Counted from the stretch's first letter, positions 18,892-28,235 are shown. The stretch is 33,536 bases of DNA from Abditibacteriaceae bacterium (GCA_031372065.1 JANMKN010000280.1:1-33536), one strand, 5' to 3'. The notes: generated from the sequence alone by a model not told the origin. Made by a program: numbers and translations.

Positions 18892-19143
18892 CAATTGGGA
18901 CATCCTAATTCACAATTGGGACGTCCTAATTCACAATTGGGACATCCTAATTCGTGTTTAGAACATCCTAATTCGCATTTAGGACATTCTAATTCACAAT
19001 CAGAACGTCCTAATTCGTGTTTAGGATGTCCTAAATGTGAATTAGGATGTCCCAATCGTCATTCTGGACTTCCCAAATCACAATTAGCACATCCTAAACG
19101 TGAGTTGGGATGTCCCAATTGTGATTTGCGATGTTCCAATTGC
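18892..19143. repeat. Tandem array of 12 x 21-bp palindromic units
   Basis: Unit CAATTGGGACATCCTAATTCA and variants. The core approximates the palindrome AATTAGGACGTCCTAATT, and the 21-bp period is exact. Confidence 0.95.
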
Positions 19144-19255
19144 TGCTGAGTATTAAATTTCGCTCAGAAAGACTAAAGAAGCAACAGCTATATCAATCGA
19201 AAAAAGGACAAAACGAATCATTTTGCACGTTGAGGTTTTGAAGCCCTGCGATTTT

Positions 19256-20203
19256 TCAAAACAGCTTCAGCGGTTCGGTGTTGCTTTGCCAGATTTGGGG
19301 AATCGGCTTTTGCGAACTGTTCGCGACGATGCCACCGACCATCGCGCAAGTTGTATCACGGTCACCGAGGCCAGAAACCGTGAGCCACAGGGCTTCTTCG
19401 TAATTATCGGGGTGCTGCGCGGCGCACCACAGCACAAAAGGCACCGTGTCTTGCGCGCTGACGGCCATGCCGCTGCCTAAATCCAGCGCCGCTTCTTCGC
19501 CGGTTGTGGCTTCATGAATATCACGCGCTTCGAGGGTGCGCTTTTTCACTTCACTATCGGGAATCGAAGGCAAAATTAAATCGAGAAACTCCGCGCCGTG
19601 CGGCGTTTGCGTGCCTAAACGTGTGGCGTGCGCCGCAGCAACGGCAACGGCAATCGCGCCCGCAACACCTTCGGGATGCGCGTGCGTGACGACAGCGCTA
19701 CGCGCGGCATTTTCGATGCACGCTTCCAAATCATTGGCGAAAAAAGCGCCCAAAGGCGCCACACGCATGGCCGCGCCGTTGCCGAAACTGCCGGTGCCCT
19801 CAAACAAGGCGGGCGCCGCTTTGTGCCACGGCTCAAACATTAACTGCGGCAAAAGCGAATGCATGGCGCCGCCGTAACCGCGATTCGGCTCTGCACGGTA
19901 ACGCAACGAAAAACGCCGCGCCAATTCATCAGCGTTAATGCCGCCGTCCGCCACCAAACATTCCACAATTTCAATCGCCAACGCCGTGTCATCTGTCCAG
20001 CGCCACGGGCCGGGCTGAATCTCGCGCAGATCAACAATTTGCTGAATGAAATCGTCGGTAAAATCGTAAGGTGGCCCTGCCAATTTACCGCTTTCCTGAT
20101 AGCGAACGGCCATTTCCCACGACATGAAAAACGTTTCGCCAAAGGCATCGCCAACCGCCAAACCCTGCAACGATTTTTTCGCGCGCTCTAAATTTTCGTT
20201 CAT
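19256..20203 (-). CDS. ADP-ribosylglycohydrolase (DraG/ARH family)
   Basis: GLAVGDAFG, WTDDT, GSFGNGAAMRVAPLG, TH.HP, GDRDTTCAMVG. ATG at 20203 overlaps the era stop (ATGA). Confidence 0.93.
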   Translation of the reverse strand: MNENLERAKKSLQGLAVGDAFGETFFMSWEMAVRYQESGKLAGPPYDFTDDFIQQIVDLREIQPGPWRWTDDTALAIEIVECLVADGGINADELARRFSLRYRAEPNRGYGGAMHSLLPQLMFEPWHKAAPALFEGTGSFGNGAAMRVAPLGAFFANDLEACIENAARSAVVTHAHPEGVAGAIAVAVAAAHATRLGTQTPHGAEFLDLILPSIPDSEVKKRTLEARDIHEATTGEEAALDLGSGMAVSAQDTVPFVLWCAAQHPDNYEEALWLTVSGLGDRDTTCAMVGGIVANSSQKPIPQIWQSNTEPLKLF

Positions 20204-21090
20204 CCTTTTTCCTCGTAGCCAAAGCGCCGAATCCACATTTCGCTATCGCGCCATTTGTCGCGCACTTTGACGCGTAAATCTAAGAAAATCGGGCGTCCCA
20301 TGAGTTTTTGAATTTCCTCGCGCGCCGCCTTGCCGATGTCGCGGATGCGTGCGCCGCCTTCGCCGATGACGATGCGTTTTTGCGATTCGCGCTCGACATA
20401 AAGAAAGGCCGCGATGAACAAAACGCCGTTAGTGCGCGGCTCCAAATTTTCGATGCCAACGGCCACTGAATGTGGAATTTCTTGCAAAAGTTGATTTAAG
20501 GCGGCTTCGCGGATCAGTTCTTCGATATGAAATTCCACCGACCTATCGCCCATCATGTCCAGCGGAAAATACGGGTCGCCTTCGGGCAATCTTTTCGTAA
20601 CGGCGTTTTTGAGAAATGCTAAACCAGCGCCGGTTTTGGCCGAAATTTCGATGGTTTCATCAAAGGAGCGCATGGCTTCAAACTGATCGCGGTTGACGCC
20701 GTAGCGCACATCTTTTTTGGCGACATCAGTTTTATTTAAGGCCAGCAAAACCGGCGCTTTGACGTTTTTGAGTAGTGCAATGGCGCGTTTATCGTCATCG
20801 TGCGGTTTATCAGTGGTATCGGCCACGAAAATCACGCATTCGACATCCTGCAAGGCACTTTTGGCGTTCTTCACCAAGGCTTCGCCGAGTTTATGCTGCG
20901 GCTCGTGGATGCCGGGTGTATCAAGGAACACGATTTGAAAATCGTCGCCGTGCAGCACTCCCGCGATGCGATGGCGCGTCGTTTGCGGACGCGGAGACAC
21001 GATGACGTGCTTGCGGCCCAACAACGCATTGAGCAGCGTGCTTTTGCCGGCGTTCGGGCGGCCCCAAAGAACACAAAATCCAGATTTCAT
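20200..21090 (-). CDS. era: GTPase Era
   Basis: GRPNAGKSTL, PQTTR, DTPG, NKTD, ISAKTG, and a KH domain VERESQK.IVIG..G..I..IG..AR. Confidence 0.96.
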   Translation of the reverse strand: MKSGFCVLWGRPNAGKSTLLNALLGRKHVIVSPRPQTTRHRIAGVLHGDDFQIVFLDTPGIHEPQHKLGEALVKNAKSALQDVECVIFVADTTDKPHDDDKRAIALLKNVKAPVLLALNKTDVAKKDVRYGVNRDQFEAMRSFDETIEISAKTGAGLAFLKNAVTKRLPEGDPYFPLDMMGDRSVEFHIEELIREAALNQLLQEIPHSVAVGIENLEPRTNGVLFIAAFLYVERESQKRIVIGEGGARIRDIGKAAREEIQKLMGRPIFLDLRVKVRDKWRDSEMWIRRFGYEEKG

Positions 21091-21101
21091 TAGAGTGATT
21101 A

Positions 21102-21191
21102 AAACATAAAGGCCACCAAGTTTTCACAAAGACGCACGAAGTTTGGGTTTTCTTCGTGTGTCTTTGTGAAAACTTGGTGGCCTTTGTGTTT
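21102..21191. repeat. CACAAAG/CTTTGTG palindromic element, copy 2
   Basis: 40-bp arms (21102-21141 and 21152-21191) with 2 mismatches and a 10-nt loop. Confidence 0.9.
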
Positions 21192-21197
21192 GGAATT

Positions 21198-22025
21198 TCA
21201 AGCCGCTAAACGCCGCTTTGAAGGGTCAAGCGAAGGAATCGCGCTGAGCAGGTTTTTGGTGTATTGCTGCTGCGGCGCATCGAAAATCTGCTCGATGGAG
21301 CCGGTTTCGACGATGCGGCCATTTTGCATCACGGATACCGCGTCGGCGAGGTATTCAACGACGCCCAAGTTGTGTGTGATGAATAAATAAGTCAGGCCTT
21401 TATCTCGTTGCAATTGGCGCAGCAAATTCAAAATTTGGCTTTGAATCGAAACATCCAAGGCGCTGGTCGGCTCATCGAGAACGATAAATGACGGCTCAAC
21501 CGATAAAGCGCGGGCAATAGCGACGCGCTGGCGCTGTCCGCCGGAAAACTCGTGAGGATAACGCTCAATTGCGCTCGGCGATAAGCCGACTTGCGTGAGC
21601 AACGCTTCGGCGCGCGTGTTGCGCTCGGCGGCGTTGGCACCGATGCCGTGAATAATCATGCCTTCGGTCAGCGCCTCGCGCACGTTCATGCGCGCGTTGA
21701 GCGAAGCATACGGGTCTTGAAAAACGACTTGCATTTGACGGCGCAAGGCGCGCTTTTCGGCGCCGCTGAAATTGGAAAACGGCTTACCATCGAAGAAAAT
21801 TTCGCCGCTCGTCGGCTCCAAAAGGCCGAGCAGCATCGCGCCGACGGTGCTTTTACCCGATCCGCTTTCGCCGACTAAAGCCAGCGTTTTGCCGCGCGCG
21901 ATGTCGAACGAGACGCCGTCCACGGCTTTATTGAATTCGCGCTTTTGAAACAAACCGCCGCGCAGTGCGAAATGCTTCGACAAATCGCGCACTGACAGCA
22001 AAACGCTGCTTTTGGCCTCGTTCAT
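21198..22025 (-). CDS. Oligopeptide/dipeptide ABC ATP-binding protein (OppF-like, short C-terminus)
   Basis: GESGSGKST, QVVFQDPY, FSGGQRQR, LDEPTSALD. ATG at 22025 overlaps the upstream stop. Confidence 0.93.
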   Translation of the reverse strand: MNEAKSSVLLSVRDLSKHFALRGGLFQKREFNKAVDGVSFDIARGKTLALVGESGSGKSTVGAMLLGLLEPTSGEIFFDGKPFSNFSGAEKRALRRQMQVVFQDPYASLNARMNVREALTEGMIIHGIGANAAERNTRAEALLTQVGLSPSAIERYPHEFSGGQRQRVAIARALSVEPSFIVLDEPTSALDVSIQSQILNLLRQLQRDKGLTYLFITHNLGVVEYLADAVSVMQNGRIVETGSIEQIFDAPQQQYTKNLLSAIPSLDPSKRRLAA

Positions 22026-23035
22026 CGCGTCACCTCCGCGACTTTTTCGGCGTTTTGCGGCTTGGGAATTTCCGGGTCGTAAAGATGGCAGCGCACAGGT
22101 CGGTCTGTGCCCGGCGGATGGAATTTCGGCGTGATGCGGGCGCATTCATCCCAGCGAAACGGACATCGCGGCTCGAAGCGGCAAGCGGACGGCCATTGCG
22201 TCGCGTCCGGCACAATGCCATCAAGTGTTGCCAAATCCTGCCCGCGCCGATTGCGCGCCGGAAGGCTGGAAAATAAGCCGCGCGTGTAAGGATGGCGCGG
22301 TTCTTTGAATAATTCGGCCACTGGCGCGACTTCGACGAACTGACCGGCATACATCACTGCCGCGCGGTCGGCGACTTCGGCCACGATGCCCAAATCGTGC
22401 GTAATCAGCAGAATCGCCATGCCGGTTTCAGTTTGCAATTTGTTCAGCAATCGCAAAATCTGCGCTTGAACCGTCACGTCTAAAGCTGTTGTCGGCTCGT
22501 CGGCGATGAGCAATTTCGGCTCGTTGACTAAGGACATCGCGATCATCACGCGCTGGCGCATTCCGCCCGATAATTCATGCGGATATTGGCGCATCAGTTG
22601 GGCGTTCAACCCTACTCGTTCCAAGGCTTCACCCGCGCGTTGGCGAGCCGCCGCGCCGTTGGCGGTGCCGTGAATTTCCATCGCTTCGACAAGTTGGTTG
22701 CCGATGGTAAACACCGGATTGAGGCTGGTCATCGGCTCTTGAAAAATCATGCCGATGTCCTTGCCGCGAATGCCGCGCATATTGTCCCACGTCAGTTCGA
22801 GCAAATCGCGGCCATCGAACAGCACTTTGCCGCCCGCGATGTAACCGGCGGGTTCGGGCACCAGTTGCAGTAGCGACAGCGCCGTCATGCTTTTACCGCA
22901 GCCGCTTTCGCCGACAATCGCCAGCGTTTCGCCGCGCGCGATGGAAAAACTGACGCCATCCACCGCCTTCGCCGTGCCGCGCGAGGTATCGAAATAGGTT
23001 CTCAGGTTTTCAACTTGTAAAAGCGGTTCGGACAT
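22022..23035 (-). CDS. Oligopeptide/dipeptide ABC ATP-binding protein (OppD-like)
   Basis: [40 protein letters not shown], Cys-rich tail CRFEPRCP...C...VRCH. Confidence 0.95.
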   Translation of the reverse strand: MSEPLLQVENLRTYFDTSRGTAKAVDGVSFSIARGETLAIVGESGCGKSMTALSLLQLVPEPAGYIAGGKVLFDGRDLLELTWDNMRGIRGKDIGMIFQEPMTSLNPVFTIGNQLVEAMEIHGTANGAAARQRAGEALERVGLNAQLMRQYPHELSGGMRQRVMIAMSLVNEPKLLIADEPTTALDVTVQAQILRLLNKLQTETGMAILLITHDLGIVAEVADRAAVMYAGQFVEVAPVAELFKEPRHPYTRGLFSSLPARNRRGQDLATLDGIVPDATQWPSACRFEPRCPFRWDECARITPKFHPPGTDRPVRCHLYDPEIPKPQNAEKVAEVTR

Positions 23036-23051
23036 AAAGATTCAGTTCATA

Positions 23052-23171
23052 AAACACAAAGAACACAAAGGACGGCGCACAAAGAACAAAAAACATCGAA
23101 ATTGGACGACCAAACCTCTTAAAATCACCCTTTGTGCCCTTTGTGCGCCGTTCTTTGTGTTCTTTGTGTTT
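23052..23171. repeat. CACAAAG/CTTTGTG palindromic element, copy 3
   Basis: AAACACAAAGAACACAAAGGACGGCGCACAAAG ... CTTTGTGCGCCGTTCTTTGTGTTCTTTGTGTTT. Confidence 0.9.
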
Positions 23172-23175
23172 GAAT

Positions 23176-24192
23176 TCACGAACGCAAACGCGGATCAATG
23201 GCGTCGCGCAGGGCATCCCCGAAAAGGTTGAAGGCCAACACCAAAACGAACATCGCGGTGCTGGCCGCGAACAGGCTCCACCAGATAATCGGCTCGCGCG
23301 CCAATTCCAAGCGCGCGCCGTCAATCATGTTGCCCCAACTGCCGGTGCCTTCGCCGACGCCAAGCTGCAAATAGGAAAGAATCGCTTCGGTCATCACCAG
23401 ACCGCTGAAACCGAGCGTCGTGGTGATAATCACAATCGGCAGCAAATTCGGCAGAATGTGGCGGAACATGATGCGTCCGTGTCCGGCGCCCAAGGCGCGC
23501 GCGGCACGGACATATTCGCGGTCGCGGTGCTTGAGCGTTTCGGCGCGAGAGAGGCGGCACAACCCGACCCAACTGGTGATGCCAAGCGCCACACATAATT
23601 GCCACAAACCTTGGCCCAAAACTAACAACATCGAAACCAGCAGCAGAATATCGGGAATCGAATTAAGCACTGTATAAACGTATTGCACAGCGTCATCTAC
23701 ACGCTTGCCGAAATAACCGGCGACGATGCCGAAAAACAAGGCCAATGGAGTAGAAATCAGCAAAGTCATGCCGCCGATAATCATCGCCGTGCGGCAACCC
23801 TTCAGCGTTTGGTAAAACACATCGTTCCCGATGGCATCCGTGCCCAAAATATGGCGTGCGTTCAAACGGTGCGGTTTCGGCTCCCCGACTGTCATGAAAG
23901 CAAAAGGTGCTGAATAATACCGCTCCTGCGGCTTTTGAAAAACTCGGTCAATGACACTTGTCCAAGCGCCATCGGCGTTTGTCCAACCAACCGAGTCAAG
24001 CGCAGCCACACTCGCGTAGAGCGCAATCACTATCAAGGAGATCACAGCCACGCGATTCCGACGCAGACGCCGATACGCCTCGGCCCACAGCGGCGTGCGC
24101 CCTGCGCGCACAATCGCAATCAACACCAGTGCCACGATGCCGCATGGCAAAGCATTATTTAAAAGGTTTGAAAATGTCGCAGAAAATTGCAT
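23176..24192 (-). CDS. Oligopeptide ABC permease (OppC-like)
   Basis: HILGTDAIGND, REYVRAARALGA...I.FRHILPN, NLFGDALRDAIDPR. Confidence 0.93.
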   Translation of the reverse strand: MQFSATFSNLLNNALPCGIVALVLIAIVRAGRTPLWAEAYRRLRRNRVAVISLIVIALYASVAALDSVGWTNADGAWTSVIDRVFQKPQERYYSAPFAFMTVGEPKPHRLNARHILGTDAIGNDVFYQTLKGCRTAMIIGGMTLLISTPLALFFGIVAGYFGKRVDDAVQYVYTVLNSIPDILLLVSMLLVLGQGLWQLCVALGITSWVGLCRLSRAETLKHRDREYVRAARALGAGHGRIMFRHILPNLLPIVIITTTLGFSGLVMTEAILSYLQLGVGEGTGSWGNMIDGARLELAREPIIWWSLFAASTAMFVLVLAFNLFGDALRDAIDPRLRS

Positions 24193-24193
24193 A

Positions 24194-25135
24194 TTATTCC
24201 AGTCGCACACGCGGGTCGGCGATAGCATAGCTGATGTCGGTGAGCGTCAAACCAATGATGTAAAGAATGGTGCCCAGAAATACCATCGCGCGAATCACAG
24301 CAAAATCCTGACTTTGAATGGCGTCGAACGTCATGCTGCCAACACCCGGAATGTTAAAAAACGATTCGGTTAGCAGACCACCCAGTAGTAATAAAGGGAT
24401 GGAGGTGACTGTTGAGGTGAGAATGGGAATCGCTGCGTTTTTTAAGACGTGGCGAAATAAAACCTGCTGTTCTCCAACACCTTTGGCTCGCGCCGTTCGC
24501 ACATAATCCTGATTAATCTCTTCAAGAATTACCGTGCGATAAAAACGCACTGTGCTACCGATTCCAGCCAGCACACCGATAATCATCGGCACGAAAACGA
24601 ATTTTAAGGCGGTTGGGCCGCTTTCATAGCCTGCCAAAGGCGCCAGACGCAGCAACTTAGAGACAATCCACTGACCACCAATCATATAGACAACATAATT
24701 GATGCTCATGAAAAGCACACCGAGAAAAGTTGCCCAATAGTCGAGATAAGTCCCGCGATAATAAGCAACATAAAGCGAGAGCGAAATATCAGTGAGCAAT
24801 GCCGCGAGAAAGATCAACGAACCCACCAAAAAAGATGGCCCGATTCCCACGCGCAAGCGATCCCAAATAGGCTCACCCGAAGCGTCCGAGTTGCCAAAGC
24901 GCAGCAGAAATAACTCTCTCATGTGCTTTTTGAATTGCTCTGAGCGTGGTTTATCGTAACCATGTTCATGTAACCAGCCCTGAATCTGCTGTGGCGTTGG
25001 ATTTTTCGCCGACAGGTTGCGCCGCGCCATGCCTTCGGGCGAAACAGTGCAGTAAAAGAGCAAAAACGTGAGCAAAGAAACGCCGATTAAAATCGGCACG
25101 GCGTAAAGAATGCGACGAATGACATAACGCAGCAT
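24194..25135 (-). CDS. Oligopeptide ABC permease (OppB-like)
   Basis: YVIRR, QDYVRTARAKG, HVLKNA, ESFFNIPGVG, Y.IADPRVR. Confidence 0.93.
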   Translation of the reverse strand: MLRYVIRRILYAVPILIGVSLLTFLLFYCTVSPEGMARRNLSAKNPTPQQIQGWLHEHGYDKPRSEQFKKHMRELFLLRFGNSDASGEPIWDRLRVGIGPSFLVGSLIFLAALLTDISLSLYVAYYRGTYLDYWATFLGVLFMSINYVVYMIGGQWIVSKLLRLAPLAGYESGPTALKFVFVPMIIGVLAGIGSTVRFYRTVILEEINQDYVRTARAKGVGEQQVLFRHVLKNAAIPILTSTVTSIPLLLLGGLLTESFFNIPGVGSMTFDAIQSQDFAVIRAMVFLGTILYIIGLTLTDISYAIADPRVRLE

Positions 25136-27150
25136 TAGGATTTCAACTCCGCAGACGGCGAACTATCGCGGCGTAAGCGGCGCGTGCGCCGCTGCTTAAC
25201 CGTTCCTACAGCGGGAATCGAACCGACGACAACAAAGCCGGCGAACACCAAAATCGGCCAGTAAATCGGCTTGTTCCAGCGCGCCTCGCTGCTTTCGCGG
25301 GTTGCGCCGTCCACGCGACGATATTTCGACACGTCATTGGCGATGGCGTGCGGCTTGACATTACGAATCCAGTCGTAATTCAGCGCCAAATCTTCGCTGT
25401 GTTCCATGAAAACCAAAGGGCAATCTTCCACTTCCATGTCGCGCATCTGCTCGATAATTTTCAATCGCTCCGGCGAATCTTCCATCGCGCGCATTTTCTC
25501 GAAGAGTTTGTCGTATTCGGGCCGCTGATACGCCGTGCAGTTGGGGCCGGGGCGCTTATTTGGTCCGTAAAGCAGGAAAACGAAGTTTTCCGGGTCGGGA
25601 TAATCGGCCAGCCAGCCGAATTCGATGATCTGAAACTTGCCTTGATTGACGCGCTCTTCCCACACGTTCGGACGCCACGCGCGCGTTTGCACTTCGATGC
25701 CGAGTTGCCGCAGTTGCTTCACCAAAAGCGCCGAATATTGCCGTCCTGCCGCCGTAACCGTGCGCGTATCGAAGAAAAGCGTCAGTTTTTCGCCGCTTTT
25801 GGCGTCTCTGCCGTCGGGATAGCCCGCTTCTTTCAACAATTGCTTGGCTTTTTTCAATTGCGGTTCGTAGCGGCGATAGGGGTTTTTGTAATTTTTCTCG
25901 TAGCCGAAAAGTCCCGGCGGCACGATGGATTCGGCTGTTCGGCCCTGCCCTTGCGAAAACAAATCTATAAACGCCTGCGCGTCAATGGAAAGGGAAATCG
26001 CTTGGCGCAGCTTGCGTTTTTGCTCGGTATAGCCGCCGACAACCGGATCGCTCATGTTGAACGCCAAATAATTGACGCCGGGCGTCACCACTTTTCGCAT
26101 GGTGATGCCCTTCGATTTCATTTCCGGCGTGATATTTCCGGCTTTGCTGACGACTTGCGAAAAGTTCTCCTGCGTGACGCCGTAGGAATCGAGATAGCCT
26201 TGCAGAAACATATTCCACGCCGTCGTGCCTTCGCGCACCGTGGAATAAATAATTTCGTCGTTGAGCGGCAGTTGTTTGCCGGCATCTTCCAATAATCCGG
26301 CTTCGCGGTCGCCTTTATCACCTTCGCTGGGAAACAAATCGCGGTAATAATGCGGATTCTTGGTCAGCACGATGCGTTTTTTGGGCGTCCACTCGCTCAG
26401 AACATACGGCCCACAGCCGACGGGATGACGCGCTAACTCTTTGCCGTATTTTTCCGCCGCTTCGTGAGCAATCGGCGTCGTGAAATGCATCGCCATCAGA
26501 TATTTCAACTGCGGATACGGCTGTTTGAGGCGAATGTGAAAAACCAGCGGGTCTTTGGGGTCGAGATACAAGCCTTCGACCGGCGCGGAATAATCGGCGG
26601 CCTGCTTTTTCTCGTCCAAAGCGCGATTGGCGGCGATATATTTGTCGAAACCGACGATTTTGTCTTCGAAGAAGCTGAGAACCGGGCAAGGCACTTTGGG
26701 GTCGGCCATGCGGCGAAACGCATAAATAAAATCCGCCGCCACCACATTGCGCCCTTTTCCATCGGGAAAGCACGCGTCGTCTTGAAAGCGAATATCATCG
26801 CGGATTTTGAAAATCCACTCTTCGCCGTTGATTGTTTTGCCCGCCGACTTCACAATATAAGCCCGCCGCTCCGGCATTTTGGCGCCGAGCATCGGCTCGA
26901 TGGTAAACGGCTCTTGTTTGAGGAAGTGATAGTGAAAATACGACGGATAAATCGAATCCACCGTCGCCGATTCCGGCCCCGACATATAGGAAATCGAAGG
27001 ATCAAGCGTGCGCGGATCGTCGCTCATGGCGCGAAACAGCACCGCCTTGCCCGCTTGCCCCGCCGGATACGGATTATTGCCGCAACCGGAGAAAAGCAGC
27101 GTGCCCAAAAGTGAAATCGCCACCCAAAAGGGCCGCCCTGAAATTCGCAT
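25135..27150 (-). CDS. Family 5 ABC substrate-binding lipoprotein (OppA-like) with a C-terminal TM helix
   Basis: Lipobox FSGC, PRTLDP, HPVGCGPY, KLRQAI, GWLADYPDPENF, hydrophobic tail PIYWPILVFAGFVVVGSIPAV followed by an Arg-rich end. Confidence 0.92.
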   Translation of the reverse strand: MRISGRPFWVAISLLGTLLFSGCGNNPYPAGQAGKAVLFRAMSDDPRTLDPSISYMSGPESATVDSIYPSYFHYHFLKQEPFTIEPMLGAKMPERRAYIVKSAGKTINGEEWIFKIRDDIRFQDDACFPDGKGRNVVAADFIYAFRRMADPKVPCPVLSFFEDKIVGFDKYIAANRALDEKKQAADYSAPVEGLYLDPKDPLVFHIRLKQPYPQLKYLMAMHFTTPIAHEAAEKYGKELARHPVGCGPYVLSEWTPKKRIVLTKNPHYYRDLFPSEGDKGDREAGLLEDAGKQLPLNDEIIYSTVREGTTAWNMFLQGYLDSYGVTQENFSQVVSKAGNITPEMKSKGITMRKVVTPGVNYLAFNMSDPVVGGYTEQKRKLRQAISLSIDAQAFIDLFSQGQGRTAESIVPPGLFGYEKNYKNPYRRYEPQLKKAKQLLKEAGYPDGRDAKSGEKLTLFFDTRTVTAAGRQYSALLVKQLRQLGIEVQTRAWRPNVWEERVNQGKFQIIEFGWLADYPDPENFVFLLYGPNKRPGPNCTAYQRPEYDKLFEKMRAMEDSPERLKIIEQMRDMEVEDCPLVFMEHSEDLALNYDWIRNVKPHAIANDVSKYRRVDGATRESSEARWNKPIYWPILVFAGFVVVGSIPAVGTVKQRRTRRLRRDSSPSAELKS

Positions 27151-27984
27151 TTATGTTTTGGCCCGCCGCTCTCGGTTGCGCGGCGCTTGCGGGTCGGGAA
27201 TCGGAATCGCCGCTAAAAGTTCGCGGGTGTATTGCTGTTGCGGACTTTCAAAAATCTGCGCTGCGCTGCCTTGCTCAACAATTTCGCCTCGGCTCATCAC
27301 GGCCACGCGGTCACACAAAACGCGCACCACCGACAAGTCGTGTGAGATGAAAAGCATGGTCAAGTGTAATCGCTGCTGCAAGTCCAACAAAAGATTAACA
27401 ATTTCTGCTTGCGTTGACACATCAAGCGCCGAAACCGGCTCATCGGCCACGATAAATTTCGGATTGACCGCCAAAGCCCGCGCGATGCCGATGCGTTGCC
27501 GCTGCCCGCCCGAAAACTCGTGCGGATAGCGATTCGCCACGCCGCGCGGCATTTGCACGGTTTCGAGATAGTCGCCGATGAGTTTTTGTCGCGCGCTTTT
27601 CGCTTCGCCGTCTTCGCGCAAATCCAACGCTTCGCCGATAATTTGTCCGACGGTCATGCGCGGGTTGAAAGCGCCATACGGGTCTTGAAAGACGATTTGC
27701 ATTTCACGCCGCAAGGCGCGCATTTGCGTTTTGCTTTGCGCGAAAACATCTTTGCCCTCAAAAGTGCAGCGGCCAGATGTCGCTTGAATCAAACGTAAAA
27801 TGAGGCGGCCCGTGGTGCTTTTGCCGGAGCCGCTTTCGCCGACGAGTCCCAAAACTTCGCCCGATGCGATTTGAAAGCTGACATTTTCCACAGCGCGCAC
27901 CACATCATCGCCGCTGCCAAAAACGCCGCTTTTGCGGGCGAAATGCTTGGTCAAATTTTCAACGCGTAATAAAGGTTCGCTCAT
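27151..27984 (-). CDS. Oligopeptide ABC ATP-binding protein (OppF-like, short C-terminus)
   Basis: GESGSGKSTTGR, QIVFQDPY, FSGGQRQR, ADEPVSALD. Confidence 0.93.
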   Translation of the reverse strand: MSEPLLRVENLTKHFARKSGVFGSGDDVVRAVENVSFQIASGEVLGLVGESGSGKSTTGRLILRLIQATSGRCTFEGKDVFAQSKTQMRALRREMQIVFQDPYGAFNPRMTVGQIIGEALDLREDGEAKSARQKLIGDYLETVQMPRGVANRYPHEFSGGQRQRIGIARALAVNPKFIVADEPVSALDVSTQAEIVNLLLDLQQRLHLTMLFISHDLSVVRVLCDRVAVMSRGEIVEQGSAAQIFESPQQQYTRELLAAIPIPDPQAPRNRERRAKT

Positions 27985-28030
27985 AATTGATTGGTTGCGA
28001 TAAAATAATTTCAGAGGCCGGAGGAAGACC

Positions 28031-28228
28031 ATGAACAAAACAAGCGTTGTAAACGCCATCCCACAGCAAGACAAAGATTACGAAAGCGCCGTTGAACGCT
28101 ACCTGAGCGACATCGAACAGAATCGCGGCAACATGGCTGAAAGTCAGAAGCGCATCGAACGTTTACGTGCCGAGACGAACAGATTGTTGGAAGAAACGCG
28201 TCAAGTTCTCTCCAAATTGGCAACATAA
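28031..28228 (+). CDS. Small coiled-coil hypothetical protein (65 aa)
   Basis: GGAGGA ribosome-binding site, heptad-like charged helix, lies in the gap between oppD and oppF. Confidence 0.7.
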   Translation: MNKTSVVNAIPQQDKDYESAVERYLSDIEQNRGNMAESQKRIERLRAETNRLLEETRQVLSKLAT

Positions 28229-28235
28229 AAATCTC

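Noticed and set aside
18892..19143. CRISPR array
   Set aside because: Units are contiguous 21-mers without unique spacers, and there are no cas genes.
18895..19149. 84-aa heptad-repeat ORF as a confident CDS
   Set aside because: It has a TTG start with no RBS, and openness is easily produced by a 21-bp repeat. Kept only as a hypothesis.
25348..26295. Long antisense ORFs (also 16804-17643, 28822-29625, 5742-6344 and others)
   Set aside because: Shadows of well-supported genes, with no motifs of their own.
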